39,426 nucleotides of DNA from a virus (Duplodnaviria > Caudoviricetes), in IMG/VR virus record IMGVR_UViG_3300017780_002683, positions 1 through 39,426 of that record; one strand, written 5' to 3'. The notes under the pieces are model-generated. The model had not been told where the DNA came from and searched no databases. It was given only the letters and a program-made list of their open reading frames with translations. Within the stretch, counting starts at the first letter, position 1, and each line of letters begins with the position of its first letter. Below, piece by piece: positions 16,600-24,633 of the stretch. Position numbers and translations under genes: made by a program.

Positions 16600-16684
16600 G
16601 CAACACAAAATAAAAAGTGTGACATGGTGTCACACTTCTGGAATAAACTCTTAACCCAACCAACCATTTAATCGAGAACCAACA

Positions 16685-17185
16685 ATGAACGCAATGATCA
16701 TCAACACGACCGACACTTCCAGCCTGAACGCGCTCATCACGCTAGCCCTCAAGCAGACGATACAAGCGGCTGTTCAAGCCGCGATAGAAGACAAGCTTGC
16801 GACCCTTGACGCTGACTTAGCCGGCATCGCAGCTAAAACAGTGGCACTAGAACGGTTCACGAGCGGCCTTGACCGTGCGCTCGTTACGAGCATCGGAGAC
16901 CAGCTAAGCGTTAACACGCAGCTACAAGACCGCATCATCAAGCTAGAGAAGCGCCTCGACACCCTCAGCCTCATAAACACAGCACAGGAAGACGCGCTGA
17001 ACGCTCGCATACAAGTCCTAGAAGACGAAGTGAGCCGCCTACAGCACGCCAACGCAAGCCGCGACAAAGAGCGCGAAGACATTATTTCCGACCTGATCGA
17101 CACCCGACTTGAGTACGCACTCGAAGACCTCGATCTGACAGAGCAGGTGCGCAACGTCCTAGTAGACGCAACCATCACGATATAA
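16685..17185 (+). CDS. Coiled-coil hypothetical protein
   Basis: Heptad-rich 166-aa ORF after palindrome copy 5. Confidence 0.65.
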   Translation: MNAMIINTTDTSSLNALITLALKQTIQAAVQAAIEDKLATLDADLAGIAAKTVALERFTSGLDRALVTSIGDQLSVNTQLQDRIIKLEKRLDTLSLINTAQEDALNARIQVLEDEVSRLQHANASRDKEREDIISDLIDTRLEYALEDLDLTEQVRNVLVDATITI

Positions 17186-17202
17186 ACAGAAGGCATAGCA
17201 GC

Positions 17203-17661
17203 ATGAAAATCAAAACGAGCGAACTAACGGGCGCCGCGCTGGACTGGGCGGTGGCGGCTTGCGAAGAAACGACCGCGAGGGGTCGCGAAGATATCCGCTG
17301 GCTCCCATGTTTGGTATCCCACGCCAAGTACTCAACCGACTGGTCCCAAAGCGGGCCTATTATTGAGCGTAAGGGGATCAGCGTAATCCGTCTCGATGAT
17401 GAAGACATTCCAGATGCTGAAGGTTTTTGGACGGGCAAGAAGGTGTCGCGGTGGGGTGCAGTGATCCGAGATAGGCACGGCCTTGAAGAAAATCACGGAT
17501 CACAAGGCGACTACTGGGGCATGTCATACCACGTTGATGAAAATGCCGTATGCGGCCCCACACCACTGATCGCAGCCATGCGCTGCTTCGTAGCCAGCAA
17601 GCTGGGCGAAGAAGTAGACATCCCCGACGAACTCGTATTGCCAGGAGCAGACGCAACATGA
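17203..17661 (+). CDS. DUF2591/NinX-family phage protein
   Basis: KTSELTGAALDWAVA...YSTDWSQSGPIIE...GPTPLIAAMRCFVASKLG. Confidence 0.8.
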   Translation: MKIKTSELTGAALDWAVAACEETTARGREDIRWLPCLVSHAKYSTDWSQSGPIIERKGISVIRLDDEDIPDAEGFWTGKKVSRWGAVIRDRHGLEENHGSQGDYWGMSYHVDENAVCGPTPLIAAMRCFVASKLGEEVDIPDELVLPGADAT

Positions 17662-18578
17662 CACCCGAAAAGATCCCCTACCCCGCCCGACGCACCTATC
17701 TGTGGGCCTACCCGACCGAGGTGCATACATATGAAGACGCACGAGACCTGTTCGCTCGTATGCGAAAGCAAGCGCCAGAGCACGACAACCCCGCCCGGTT
17801 CAAAGCCCTCACGCTAGCATTAGAGGCACTCGCCCACCTCAGCCACCACCAGGGGGTGGAGGCATTCCCCGGCCCCAAGCTGCACAAGCTCTTATGTAAG
17901 AGCGCCCTGGCCGCTGACTGGTGCCCTGACCTGGGCGAGAAGCAACGCGCAGCATGTGCGCAGCCTGTCGAGGGTAGCCCGGGGATGTACCGCTGCCCGA
18001 AGTGTCGAGAGATCAAGCCCGTGACCGAGTTCCTCAAGACCGTGAGCGCTGCACAGCGCCGCCTCTGGGGGTGGAACAACCCGCAGGCTGTGCGTAAGAC
18101 CAAGGCCAAGACCTGCCGCACCTGCCGCGACAAGGCACAGCAGAGCGCTGCCCGTAAGAGTGACCGAGCCATTGCCAAGCAAGCCCGCGCCGCGTTCGAG
18201 AAGGCTGTAAAGAATGGCGTCTTAAGCACCGCTGTGAACGACCCCGCAATGCTCACCAAAGTGTTCGACTACTGGCAGACAGTGTTCAAGACCGCGACAC
18301 GCAGCACCCAGCTAGCACGGCAGAAAGTGGCCAGCAGCACGACCATTCACACCTCAACGCTCGCGTTCTACGACATCAAGGTAACCCTCCTCACGCTAGC
18401 CCAAGAACGCTTCGACCTCGCAGCCGATGCCGGACAGCTCGCACCCTACATCGTGCCCGCCCCTCACTGGACGATGTTCTTGACCCCCGAGGAACTGACC
18501 ACCATCCAGACCGCACACGTGACCATGACCGCCGACCGCCGCGATGAGCTAGTACGTGGCCGCACCCCCTCTATATAA
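17658..18578 (+). CDS. Zn-finger hypothetical protein
   Basis: ATGA overlap start with GGAG RBS; CPKCREIKPVTEF...CRTC. Confidence 0.65.
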   Translation: MTPEKIPYPARRTYLWAYPTEVHTYEDARDLFARMRKQAPEHDNPARFKALTLALEALAHLSHHQGVEAFPGPKLHKLLCKSALAADWCPDLGEKQRAACAQPVEGSPGMYRCPKCREIKPVTEFLKTVSAAQRRLWGWNNPQAVRKTKAKTCRTCRDKAQQSAARKSDRAIAKQARAAFEKAVKNGVLSTAVNDPAMLTKVFDYWQTVFKTATRSTQLARQKVASSTTIHTSTLAFYDIKVTLLTLAQERFDLAADAGQLAPYIVPAPHWTMFLTPEELTTIQTAHVTMTADRRDELVRGRTPSI

Positions 18579-18592
18579 GACAGGAGCAAAAC

Positions 18593-18811
18593 ATGACGCT
18601 AGGTGAGTTGAAAAAACTACTCGCGCAGTACCCCGACGATGTGGAAGTTATCTTCCCAAAATACAGCGATTACGCACACATTGAAGCCGCCGAGGTTGCA
18701 CTAATTAAAGCGGTTCCCCCGGATGACGACAGCTGGGTCATGCGCTCCGATCCCCACATGACCGAAGAAAACAAAGCAAGGGAAAAAACATATCTCACGC
18801 TGGGCTACTAA
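18593..18811 (+). CDS. Hypothetical protein
   Basis: AGGAG RBS; MTLGELKKLLAQYPDDVEV type N-terminus. Confidence 0.7.
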   Translation: MTLGELKKLLAQYPDDVEVIFPKYSDYAHIEAAEVALIKAVPPDDDSWVMRSDPHMTEENKAREKTYLTLGY

Positions 18812-18813
18812 CA

Positions 18814-19062
18814 ATGGCAACCAAACCCCTCCCCCAATGCGACTGCCTCAACGACTGCGGGGATGACCCCCGCATAGACCGTGGCCAGTGCCGACCCTGT
18901 CAGGTGTACGTCAACCACATGCAGAGCAAGCGACTACACGATGCGAGCGCCGACCTGCTGGCCGCACTGCAAGCACTAGTGAAAGATCAACGCGATGCCA
19001 GCCTGCCCGTACTAGCTCAAGCCCGCGCCGCTATCAACAAAGCAACCAAAGGAACAGCATGA
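18814..19062 (+). CDS. Hypothetical protein
   Basis: Cys-rich N-terminus plus DLLAALQ...ARAAINKA module. Confidence 0.65.
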   Translation: MATKPLPQCDCLNDCGDDPRIDRGQCRPCQVYVNHMQSKRLHDASADLLAALQALVKDQRDASLPVLAQARAAINKATKGTA

Positions 19063-19289
19063 ACACCCGCAAGAAACAACTCTTCGCCTACGTTGTCGCA
19101 CACTTCCTGATGATGCTCGGCTGGGGGCACCTGCTGTTCATTGGGATCAACAACACCGCAGACAACAACCTCATCACAGTGATGGCCCTGGTTGTGGGCG
19201 GTGCCCTGGCAGCGGTTCAGGTGTGCGCCCTGCTGCACGACTTTTACGAGACCACCAACGGCCTTGACGACCCAGAGACGCGCTGGTAG
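19059..19289 (+). CDS. Two-TM membrane protein
   Basis: AAGGA RBS, ATGA overlap; two hydrophobic segments. Confidence 0.6.
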   Translation: MNTRKKQLFAYVVAHFLMMLGWGHLLFIGINNTADNNLITVMALVVGGALAAVQVCALLHDFYETTNGLDDPETRW

Positions 19290-19292
19290 TAT
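19264..19292 (+). promoter_or_regulatory. Sigma70-type promoter
   Basis: TTGACG-17 bp-TAGTAT with TGn. Confidence 0.55.
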
Positions 19293-19343
19293 AGTTACCG
19301 TAATCCAGTCGGTTTACTTGTACACCGTAACAAAGGAGCCCTT

Positions 19344-19592
19344 ATGACTGACCCAAAACCGAAACCCGATCGGTTCCCCGATGACTCCCGCGCTGGCCCG
19401 TGGGGTGTGAGCAGTGTGGGGATGTATTGGTGGGTGATCCACCGCGAGACGCTGGAGTCTCAGAGCGTAGGCACCATCGGCAAGCCGGCCATGTTCGCCC
19501 GTGCCCTGGAAGAAGCATCAAGACGTAACGCGCTCCCCGTGCCTGTACCGGAGGCACCCCCTGCACCCGTTGCAGCCTCCCCAAACGCCTGA
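19344..19592 (+). CDS. Hypothetical protein
   Basis: AAGGAG RBS. Confidence 0.65.
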   Translation: MTDPKPKPDRFPDDSRAGPWGVSSVGMYWWVIHRETLESQSVGTIGKPAMFARALEEASRRNALPVPVPEAPPAPVAASPNA

Positions 19593-19710
19593 GCCCAAGC
19601 CCCCTCAGAGGGGCAGTCAAAGCAGTAAGAGTAGTAACCAGCATGGCCCTGTGCAGCGCGTTGATACGCTGTGCGCTGCTGTGCCTCACTTAAAAACAGG
19701 AGAGAAGAGA

Positions 19711-19947
19711 ATGACACGCGAAGAAATCACCAGCATGGCGGAGGAATCGGGATTGCTTAACCCGCCTCAAGCCGGACTAGATTGGTCAGCACCTGTACCG
19801 AACAGCGACTACCTGCAAAGGATCGAACGCTTCGCCGACCTCGTTTTGAGAGCAGAACGTCAAGCATGTGCGGAGTTGGTGCAGGTGCACATGACAGCAT
19901 CGAGCATCGACATGGGCGTGGCCATATGCGTGAGGGGAAGGAAATGA
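19711..19947 (+). CDS. Hypothetical protein (MTREEI...ERFADLV...ERQACA family)
   Basis: Start re-called at AGGAG RBS. Confidence 0.7.
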   Translation: MTREEITSMAEESGLLNPPQAGLDWSAPVPNSDYLQRIERFADLVLRAERQACAELVQVHMTASSIDMGVAICVRGRK

Positions 19948-20336
19948 CAACACTAAAAGAAGCCGCCGAAATGGCGCTTGATGCGCTTGAGAACGTTGGC
20001 GTAGAGGGGAATTGGGAGCGAGAAGATGCGGCTGTAGTCGCCTTACGCGAAGCACTAGACGCCCACAGCATGGCGAGTGACGCAAGCCCAGTAGCCTGGA
20101 TGCACACGAACGCAGTCGGTCACCGGTACTTCAGAAAGAAACCGCACGACGCCGTGTTCAACCCGCAAGCGGTTTATGTGCAGCCACCCCGACGCGAATG
20201 GCTGGGGCTGACACACGAAGAACGTGACGAGATATGTAAAGACTTCGTTGGTGACGACGGTCGCGTAGGCGCATACCTCAGCCTCGCGCTAGAAGTAGAA
20301 GTCCGTCTGACAGAAAAGAACAGGAGTGAGGAATGA
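19944..20336 (+). CDS. Hypothetical modular protein (PVAWM module)
   Basis: ATGA overlap; MTTLKEAAEMALDALE...PVAWM...WLGLTHEE. Confidence 0.7.
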   Translation: MTTLKEAAEMALDALENVGVEGNWEREDAAVVALREALDAHSMASDASPVAWMHTNAVGHRYFRKKPHDAVFNPQAVYVQPPRREWLGLTHEERDEICKDFVGDDGRVGAYLSLALEVEVRLTEKNRSEE

Positions 20337-20698
20337 CAACACTACGAGAGGCCGCAGAGCGGGCGCTTGAGGCGCTTGAAGTGGCGACTACTCCGCGTTC
20401 AGAAGATCGTCAAACAGTGTTAAAGGCGCAAGCCGCCTTGCGCGCAGCACTAGCGCCGGTGCCCGTCGCATGGATGGATCGTGAGGGCGATCTTTACAAA
20501 ATGCCTGAGATTGAGGGATGGGCACCTCCTCACACGCTGCTCTACACCCATCCACCACAGCGCCAGCCGCTGGCGGATGAGGAGATTCTAAAAATGTGGG
20601 ATGACACGCGCAACGACCCAATTGCACCGACTGTTTTTTGTCTTATCGCTTGTGTGCGGCATGTAGAGAGAGCACATGGGATTGGGGGGAAGGGGTGA
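20333..20698 (+). CDS. Hypothetical modular protein (PVAWM module)
   Basis: Paralogous N-terminus MTTLREAAERALEALE; C-terminal ERAHGI. Confidence 0.7.
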   Translation: MTTLREAAERALEALEVATTPRSEDRQTVLKAQAALRAALAPVPVAWMDREGDLYKMPEIEGWAPPHTLLYTHPPQRQPLADEEILKMWDDTRNDPIAPTVFCLIACVRHVERAHGIGGKG

Positions 20699-21195
20699 CA
20701 CGCGGCCTCACGCAGCACACGCTCGAAACGCTGATGGCCCGCACGGTGGAAGTGGGTGAGTGCAATGAGTGGCTGGGGTATATCGCGAACGACACACCGC
20801 AGGTGTCGCACGGCGGCAAGATGATGACCGTTAGGCGTCTGATGTTCGAGCTGCAAGGCAAGGCCGTGGATGGCTACTACATCGCGCCAAGATGCGGTAA
20901 TTTCCGATGCGTCAACCCAGCTCACGCCATTGCTCGAACAAAAAAAGCGCATCACAAGATCATGAACCAGAACGTGGATCCCAACGGGATGCTCCGCATC
21001 ATCAAGCTACAGCAAGTGGCCAGAGGCAGGCGCAAGCTGACCGACGAGCAAGTCCAGCAGATACGCAGTGACCCGCGCCCATCACGAGCCGTCGCAGCAG
21101 AGCACGGTGTCAGTAAAGGTCTGGTGTGTCTGATCCGTGCCGGTAAAGCACACCGCGCAGTCAGCGCAAGCCCCTTCGCGGGTCTTATGAAATAG
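20695..21195 (+). CDS. Degenerate HNH-like protein with C-terminal HTH
   Basis: CNEWLG...CGNFRCVNPAH followed by KLTDEQVQQIR...AAEHGVSKGLV. Confidence 0.65.
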   Translation: MTRGLTQHTLETLMARTVEVGECNEWLGYIANDTPQVSHGGKMMTVRRLMFELQGKAVDGYYIAPRCGNFRCVNPAHAIARTKKAHHKIMNQNVDPNGMLRIIKLQQVARGRRKLTDEQVQQIRSDPRPSRAVAAEHGVSKGLVCLIRAGKAHRAVSASPFAGLMK

Positions 21196-21205
21196 GAGAG
21201 ACGTA

Positions 21206-21361
21206 GTGAACTACGAAGACATCAAAACCTATAACGAGCGCTGCGAATCGAACCCCGACCACCAAGGCATCGTCACGTACCAGATGGTGGAGGATCGGCT
21301 GCGTGAAGAGATAGAAGAGCTTCGCCAGTACATAGAAACAACTTTAAAGGAACACAAATGA
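21206..21361 (+). CDS. Small hypothetical protein (51 aa)
   Basis: AGGAG RBS, GTG start, stop overlaps next ATG; not in ORF track. Confidence 0.6.
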   Translation: MNYEDIKTYNERCESNPDHQGIVTYQMVEDRLREEIEELRQYIETTLKEHK

Positions 21362-21609
21362 CGCGAGAAGAAGTAATCGCACTGGCACAGAAGTGCCAAC
21401 TCATCGGAGCCAACCCACACGAGGACGGCATCTATTTGAACTCCCTGGAAGCATTCGCCGCCCTGGTGATGGACGCCCAGATCGACGGAGGCAAGTGCCC
21501 CTCGTGCGAATACAACAAAGGCAGAGCCAAACGCTGGCGACACGAGGCATACAGGGCCAACGGCACGCCGCTGCCGTGGGATCCGGACGAGCCCGCTCAA
21601 ACAGACTAA
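21358..21609 (+). CDS. Hypothetical protein (MTREEV family)
   Basis: AAGGA RBS; N-terminus paralogous to the 19711 gene. Confidence 0.65.
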   Translation: MTREEVIALAQKCQLIGANPHEDGIYLNSLEAFAALVMDAQIDGGKCPSCEYNKGRAKRWRHEAYRANGTPLPWDPDEPAQTD

Positions 21610-21636
21610 AACGAGACAACAGAACAACGCCAACTG

Positions 21637-21665
21637 TTGCACACGGTCAGCCGTTGGCGCATAAT
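21637..21665 (+). promoter_or_regulatory. Sigma70-type promoter
   Basis: TTGCAC-17 bp-CATAAT. Confidence 0.6.
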
Positions 21666-21708
21666 CCGTTACCGTCAAGCAACCTTTAAACAAGTTGGAA
21701 ATCACTTT

Positions 21709-21906
21709 ATGCAACCAGTGTTTAATCTGACCAAGTTGTTTCGAACGCCGACGGCTGTCGCGCTGGCTACCAGGGAGTTAGAGGCGGCAAAGAAAGACCT
21801 GCTGCGACATCAAGCCGCGTCTGACTACCACGCTCGCATGAGCGAGTACTGCATCGCATCCATGCGCCGCTTGTCGGTGTTCATCAAAGAGGAGCAGCAA
21901 AGATGA
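21709..21906 (+). CDS. Hypothetical protein
   Basis: Start re-called at ATG 21709; helical RELEAAKKDLL. Confidence 0.6.
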   Translation: MQPVFNLTKLFRTPTAVALATRELEAAKKDLLRHQAASDYHARMSEYCIASMRRLSVFIKEEQQR

Positions 21907-22136
21907 GAGGTTTCTTGTGGCGAGTTAAGCGCACACTCAGGCGATGGGGGCACGCGATGCAGCACCGCATGGGTAACAACTCAGGCACCATCACAACATG
22001 GTGGGAGGGTGACTCCAACAACGAGCGGCTCATGCTGGGTTACAAGTGCGATACGTGCGGCAAGCTCAGTGGCATCCACGAGTCCATCATTTCCCAACGC
22101 CTGAGAGAACGCAAGGAGCGCTACCGTGACCTTTAA
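21903..22136 (+). CDS. Hypothetical protein
   Basis: GAGGAG RBS, ATGA overlap, CDTC. Confidence 0.6.
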   Translation: MRGFLWRVKRTLRRWGHAMQHRMGNNSGTITTWWEGDSNNERLMLGYKCDTCGKLSGIHESIISQRLRERKERYRDL

Positions 22137-22341
22137 TGCTGATTCCCTGACGCTGACACCCACAGCGCACCTGCGGTTTGTAGTTCGAGAAGTCACCGCA
22201 TTCGACATAAACAAGAACGGATACTCTCCGACAAACATCAAGATCCTGCAGCAGTGGTTCGAGCCCCATCAACGCTACGCGGGGATCGTCCCCGGTGAGT
22301 GGCGTGACATCCCGCTGGTAACTGGCGAAGACGAAGCCTAA
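22126..22341 (+). CDS. Hypothetical protein
   Basis: AAGGAG RBS; LRFV...ILQQWF...GEWRDIP motif. Confidence 0.7.
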   Translation: MTFNADSLTLTPTAHLRFVVREVTAFDINKNGYSPTNIKILQQWFEPHQRYAGIVPGEWRDIPLVTGEDEA

Positions 22342-22353
22342 AAGGAACGCAGC

Positions 22354-22548
22354 ATGACGAAACCTGTAGAGACCGTTGATGCTGTACTTCTCGACGCTAA
22401 CCTGCCGACATACACAGAGACCATGAAAGCGCTGCACGCGCTGGCACTGGAGGTGGGGCTCGCCCCCCGCGTAGACACACACGTCATGTACAAAACTTGG
22501 GCTCTTTTAGACAGGTTTTCTGCACTTGTACAAAAACGTACCCCTTAG
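22354..22548 (+). CDS. Hypothetical protein
   Basis: AAGGA RBS. Confidence 0.6.
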   Translation: MTKPVETVDAVLLDANLPTYTETMKALHALALEVGLAPRVDTHVMYKTWALLDRFSALVQKRTP

Positions 22549-22576
22549 TTAACACATCCTTTCATTGGAGAAACGT

Positions 22577-22729
22577 ATGAAAAAGAAAATCCTCATTGCC
22601 GCTATCGCCGCACTCACCTCCGTCGCTGCCTGGGCAACATGCACCACGCACACCACTTGGTACAACGGACGCATGGTGACGTGCCAGACGTGCTGCTACG
22701 GCAGCAACTGCCAGACAACCTGCTACTGA
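22577..22729 (+). CDS. Secreted cysteine-rich peptide (50 aa)
   Basis: GGAG RBS; MKKKILIAAIAALTSVAAWA signal peptide plus TCTTHTTWYNGRMVTCQTCCYGSNCQTTCY; not in ORF track. Confidence 0.75.
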   Translation: MKKKILIAAIAALTSVAAWATCTTHTTWYNGRMVTCQTCCYGSNCQTTCY

Positions 22730-22741
22730 GCACGGCGCGCC

Positions 22742-23251
22742 ATGCCATCGAATGCGAAGACCCGCAAGAAGTACCGACCCAAGCCGCAGATCCTGAACAC
22801 CATCGGGCACGTCATGGAGGGGATGGAGTCAGTTAAATCCCACGACTCTTTTCTGCGCACGCTCAAGATCCGCAACAGTGGCGCCGTTGTGGCGCTGATG
22901 CAGGGAACCGCGACAAAGATGGACATGAATGTGCTCGTGGCCCTGAGCAACATGGTCGAGGTGCTGTGCAGTATGGGCTTCGGCAGTGAGTACCTGGAGG
23001 TGTCCGTGGAAGGTCGCGCTGCCATCCTGCGCACCATCTTCCGCGCTGTGGACAAGCTGCGTTTCGTTCCGATGGGGGTCGAGATCAAGGCGATCCAGGA
23101 TCTGCTGGAGCTACACGATCAACAGATGGATGTGATCACGATCAAGGAACTCGACAGCGCCTTGGCGCTGGCAAGAAAGATGATCAAGCAGCCCGATGCG
23201 ATCCGCTTACCGAAGGTGGACGACAGGGTGGGGCTAAGGAGTACAGGATGA
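22742..23251 (+). CDS. Hypothetical protein
   Basis: RKKYRPK N-terminus; LELHDQQM motif. Confidence 0.7.
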   Translation: MPSNAKTRKKYRPKPQILNTIGHVMEGMESVKSHDSFLRTLKIRNSGAVVALMQGTATKMDMNVLVALSNMVEVLCSMGFGSEYLEVSVEGRAAILRTIFRAVDKLRFVPMGVEIKAIQDLLELHDQQMDVITIKELDSALALARKMIKQPDAIRLPKVDDRVGLRSTG

Positions 23252-23574
23252 GTTCTAAAGGTTCTAAAGCGATAAAGGTTAACCACCTAGTCTTAGCGCA
23301 GACCTTTAGGCTGCTGCAGGCCGGGCCTGTGACAGCACAGGCGCTGGCAAACGAGACAGGTGTTCATGTTGTAACGGCACAGGACTGGCTTCGCGCATTG
23401 AAGGCGGAGAACGCTGTGCACATAGGCAGTTGGCTGCCAGACAGCCTCGGGAGAGACGCTATTCCCGTGTATGAGCTGGGGGCTGACAAAGACGAGCCGC
23501 GCAGGCGGTTCACCCGTGCTGAGGTATCTCAGCGGTATAGGCAACGACAGAAGCTAAAGGAGAGCGGATCTTGA
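23248..23574 (+). CDS. Winged-HTH-like protein
   Basis: GPVTAQALANETGVHVVTAQDWLRAL...VHIGSW. Confidence 0.6.
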   Translation: MSSKGSKAIKVNHLVLAQTFRLLQAGPVTAQALANETGVHVVTAQDWLRALKAENAVHIGSWLPDSLGRDAIPVYELGADKDEPRRRFTRAEVSQRYRQRQKLKESGS

Positions 23575-23879
23575 CGACTTTTAAAGACTCGATTTTTGAT
23601 TGCGAGACGCCGGACTTAGGCAACTACTTTGTGCAACTAGACATAGAGGCCCCCGCTGACCAGCAACAGATTGGAGGCACGCACTACAAGGACATGGGCA
23701 TCCAGCCGTGGGCTGTGATGCAGGCGGTGCTGACGCACGACGAGTGGATCGGCTACCTCAAAGGCAACGTCATCAAGTACGGCATGCGCCAGGGTAAGAA
23801 AGACTCGGATGACGCCAACAAGGCCAAGCACTACGCCAAGAAGCTGGCCGAAGAATTGCGTAAAGGTTTCAAGTATTGA
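23571..23879 (+). CDS. DUF3310 (SaV-like) protein
   Basis: QIGGTHYKDMGIQPW...YLKGNVIKYGMRQGKK...KAKHY. Confidence 0.85.
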   Translation: MTTFKDSIFDCETPDLGNYFVQLDIEAPADQQQIGGTHYKDMGIQPWAVMQAVLTHDEWIGYLKGNVIKYGMRQGKKDSDDANKAKHYAKKLAEELRKGFKY

Positions 23880-23880
23880 G

Positions 23881-24019
23881 TCGGGTGTAAGTGAAGAAGT
23901 TTGGCGAGCCTTGTAGATGTGACCCTTACTTCTTATCGGCACGTACCCGATGAACCTGTGTTCGCGTGCCGACTCCACGAACCGCGAGCCGAGGGGGCGC
24001 GGAATCTACATTCCCCCTC
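23881..24019 (+). ncRNA. Putative structured intergenic RNA (two possible pseudoknots)
   Basis: Five to six complementary segment pairs of 5-8 bp within 140 nt (see findings). Confidence 0.4.
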
Positions 24020-24057
24020 ACCCCATAACACCAAACACAAACGCTACGGAGATCACT

Positions 24058-24351
24058 ATGGCCACAACACCCGAGGGGATGGTGAAAGCCCACATTCGAA
24101 AGATTCTCGACGCCGCCGGCGCCTATTACTACATGCCTGTCAGCTATGGGATGGGTAGGCACGGCGTCCCCGACTTCTTTGTGTGCTGCCGAGGACTGTT
24201 TTTCGGTATTGAGGCCAAGGCAGGCAAGGGCACCACCACCGCACTACAAGACCGGGAGATTGCTCGGATCGTCATGGCCGGGGGCGTAGCCCTTGTCGTC
24301 AACGAACACAACCTCAACGAACTAGAGGAGCTACTCAATGAGGGAACATAA
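24058..24351 (+). CDS. VRR-NUC domain nuclease (resolvase-like)
   Basis: TPEGMVK...GVPDFF...FFGIEAKAG...TALQ; GGAG RBS. Confidence 0.85.
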   Translation: MATTPEGMVKAHIRKILDAAGAYYYMPVSYGMGRHGVPDFFVCCRGLFFGIEAKAGKGTTTALQDREIARIVMAGGVALVVNEHNLNELEELLNEGT

Positions 24352-24625
24352 ATCCGCTGAGAGCGACGAGAAGATGATCGCGCACCTCGCATCATTGCCT
24401 GAGAAAGAACAGGAGCATTTCAAGATGCTCGTGCGGCTGCTATCAAGCTGTTACGGCCAAGGTGCAGAAGCCGCCGGCGTGCTGCTCGTGCGAGACAAAG
24501 AGCGCATCGCTGTGATGTCTGTGAACGCGAACGACTTGGCCATGACCGAGATACTTATGAGCGCCGTGGATGCGATGGGTGACGTTTTGCTAGAGGACGC
24601 ACCGCCCAAAGAGATGTTCAACTGA
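24338..24625 (+). CDS. Hypothetical protein
   Basis: GAGGAG RBS; between VRR-NUC and polymerase. Confidence 0.7.
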   Translation: MREHKSAESDEKMIAHLASLPEKEQEHFKMLVRLLSSCYGQGAEAAGVLLVRDKERIAVMSVNANDLAMTEILMSAVDAMGDVLLEDAPPKEMFN

Positions 24626-24633
24626 AGCCCGCC

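Larger units (their letters stand above)
11375..16637. repeat. Five dispersed palindromes AAAAGTGTGAC-N4/5-GTCACACTTT
   Basis: Copies at about 11375-11401 (degenerate), 12384-12412, 13516-13542, 14064-14088, 16615-16637; all intergenic. Confidence 0.9.
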
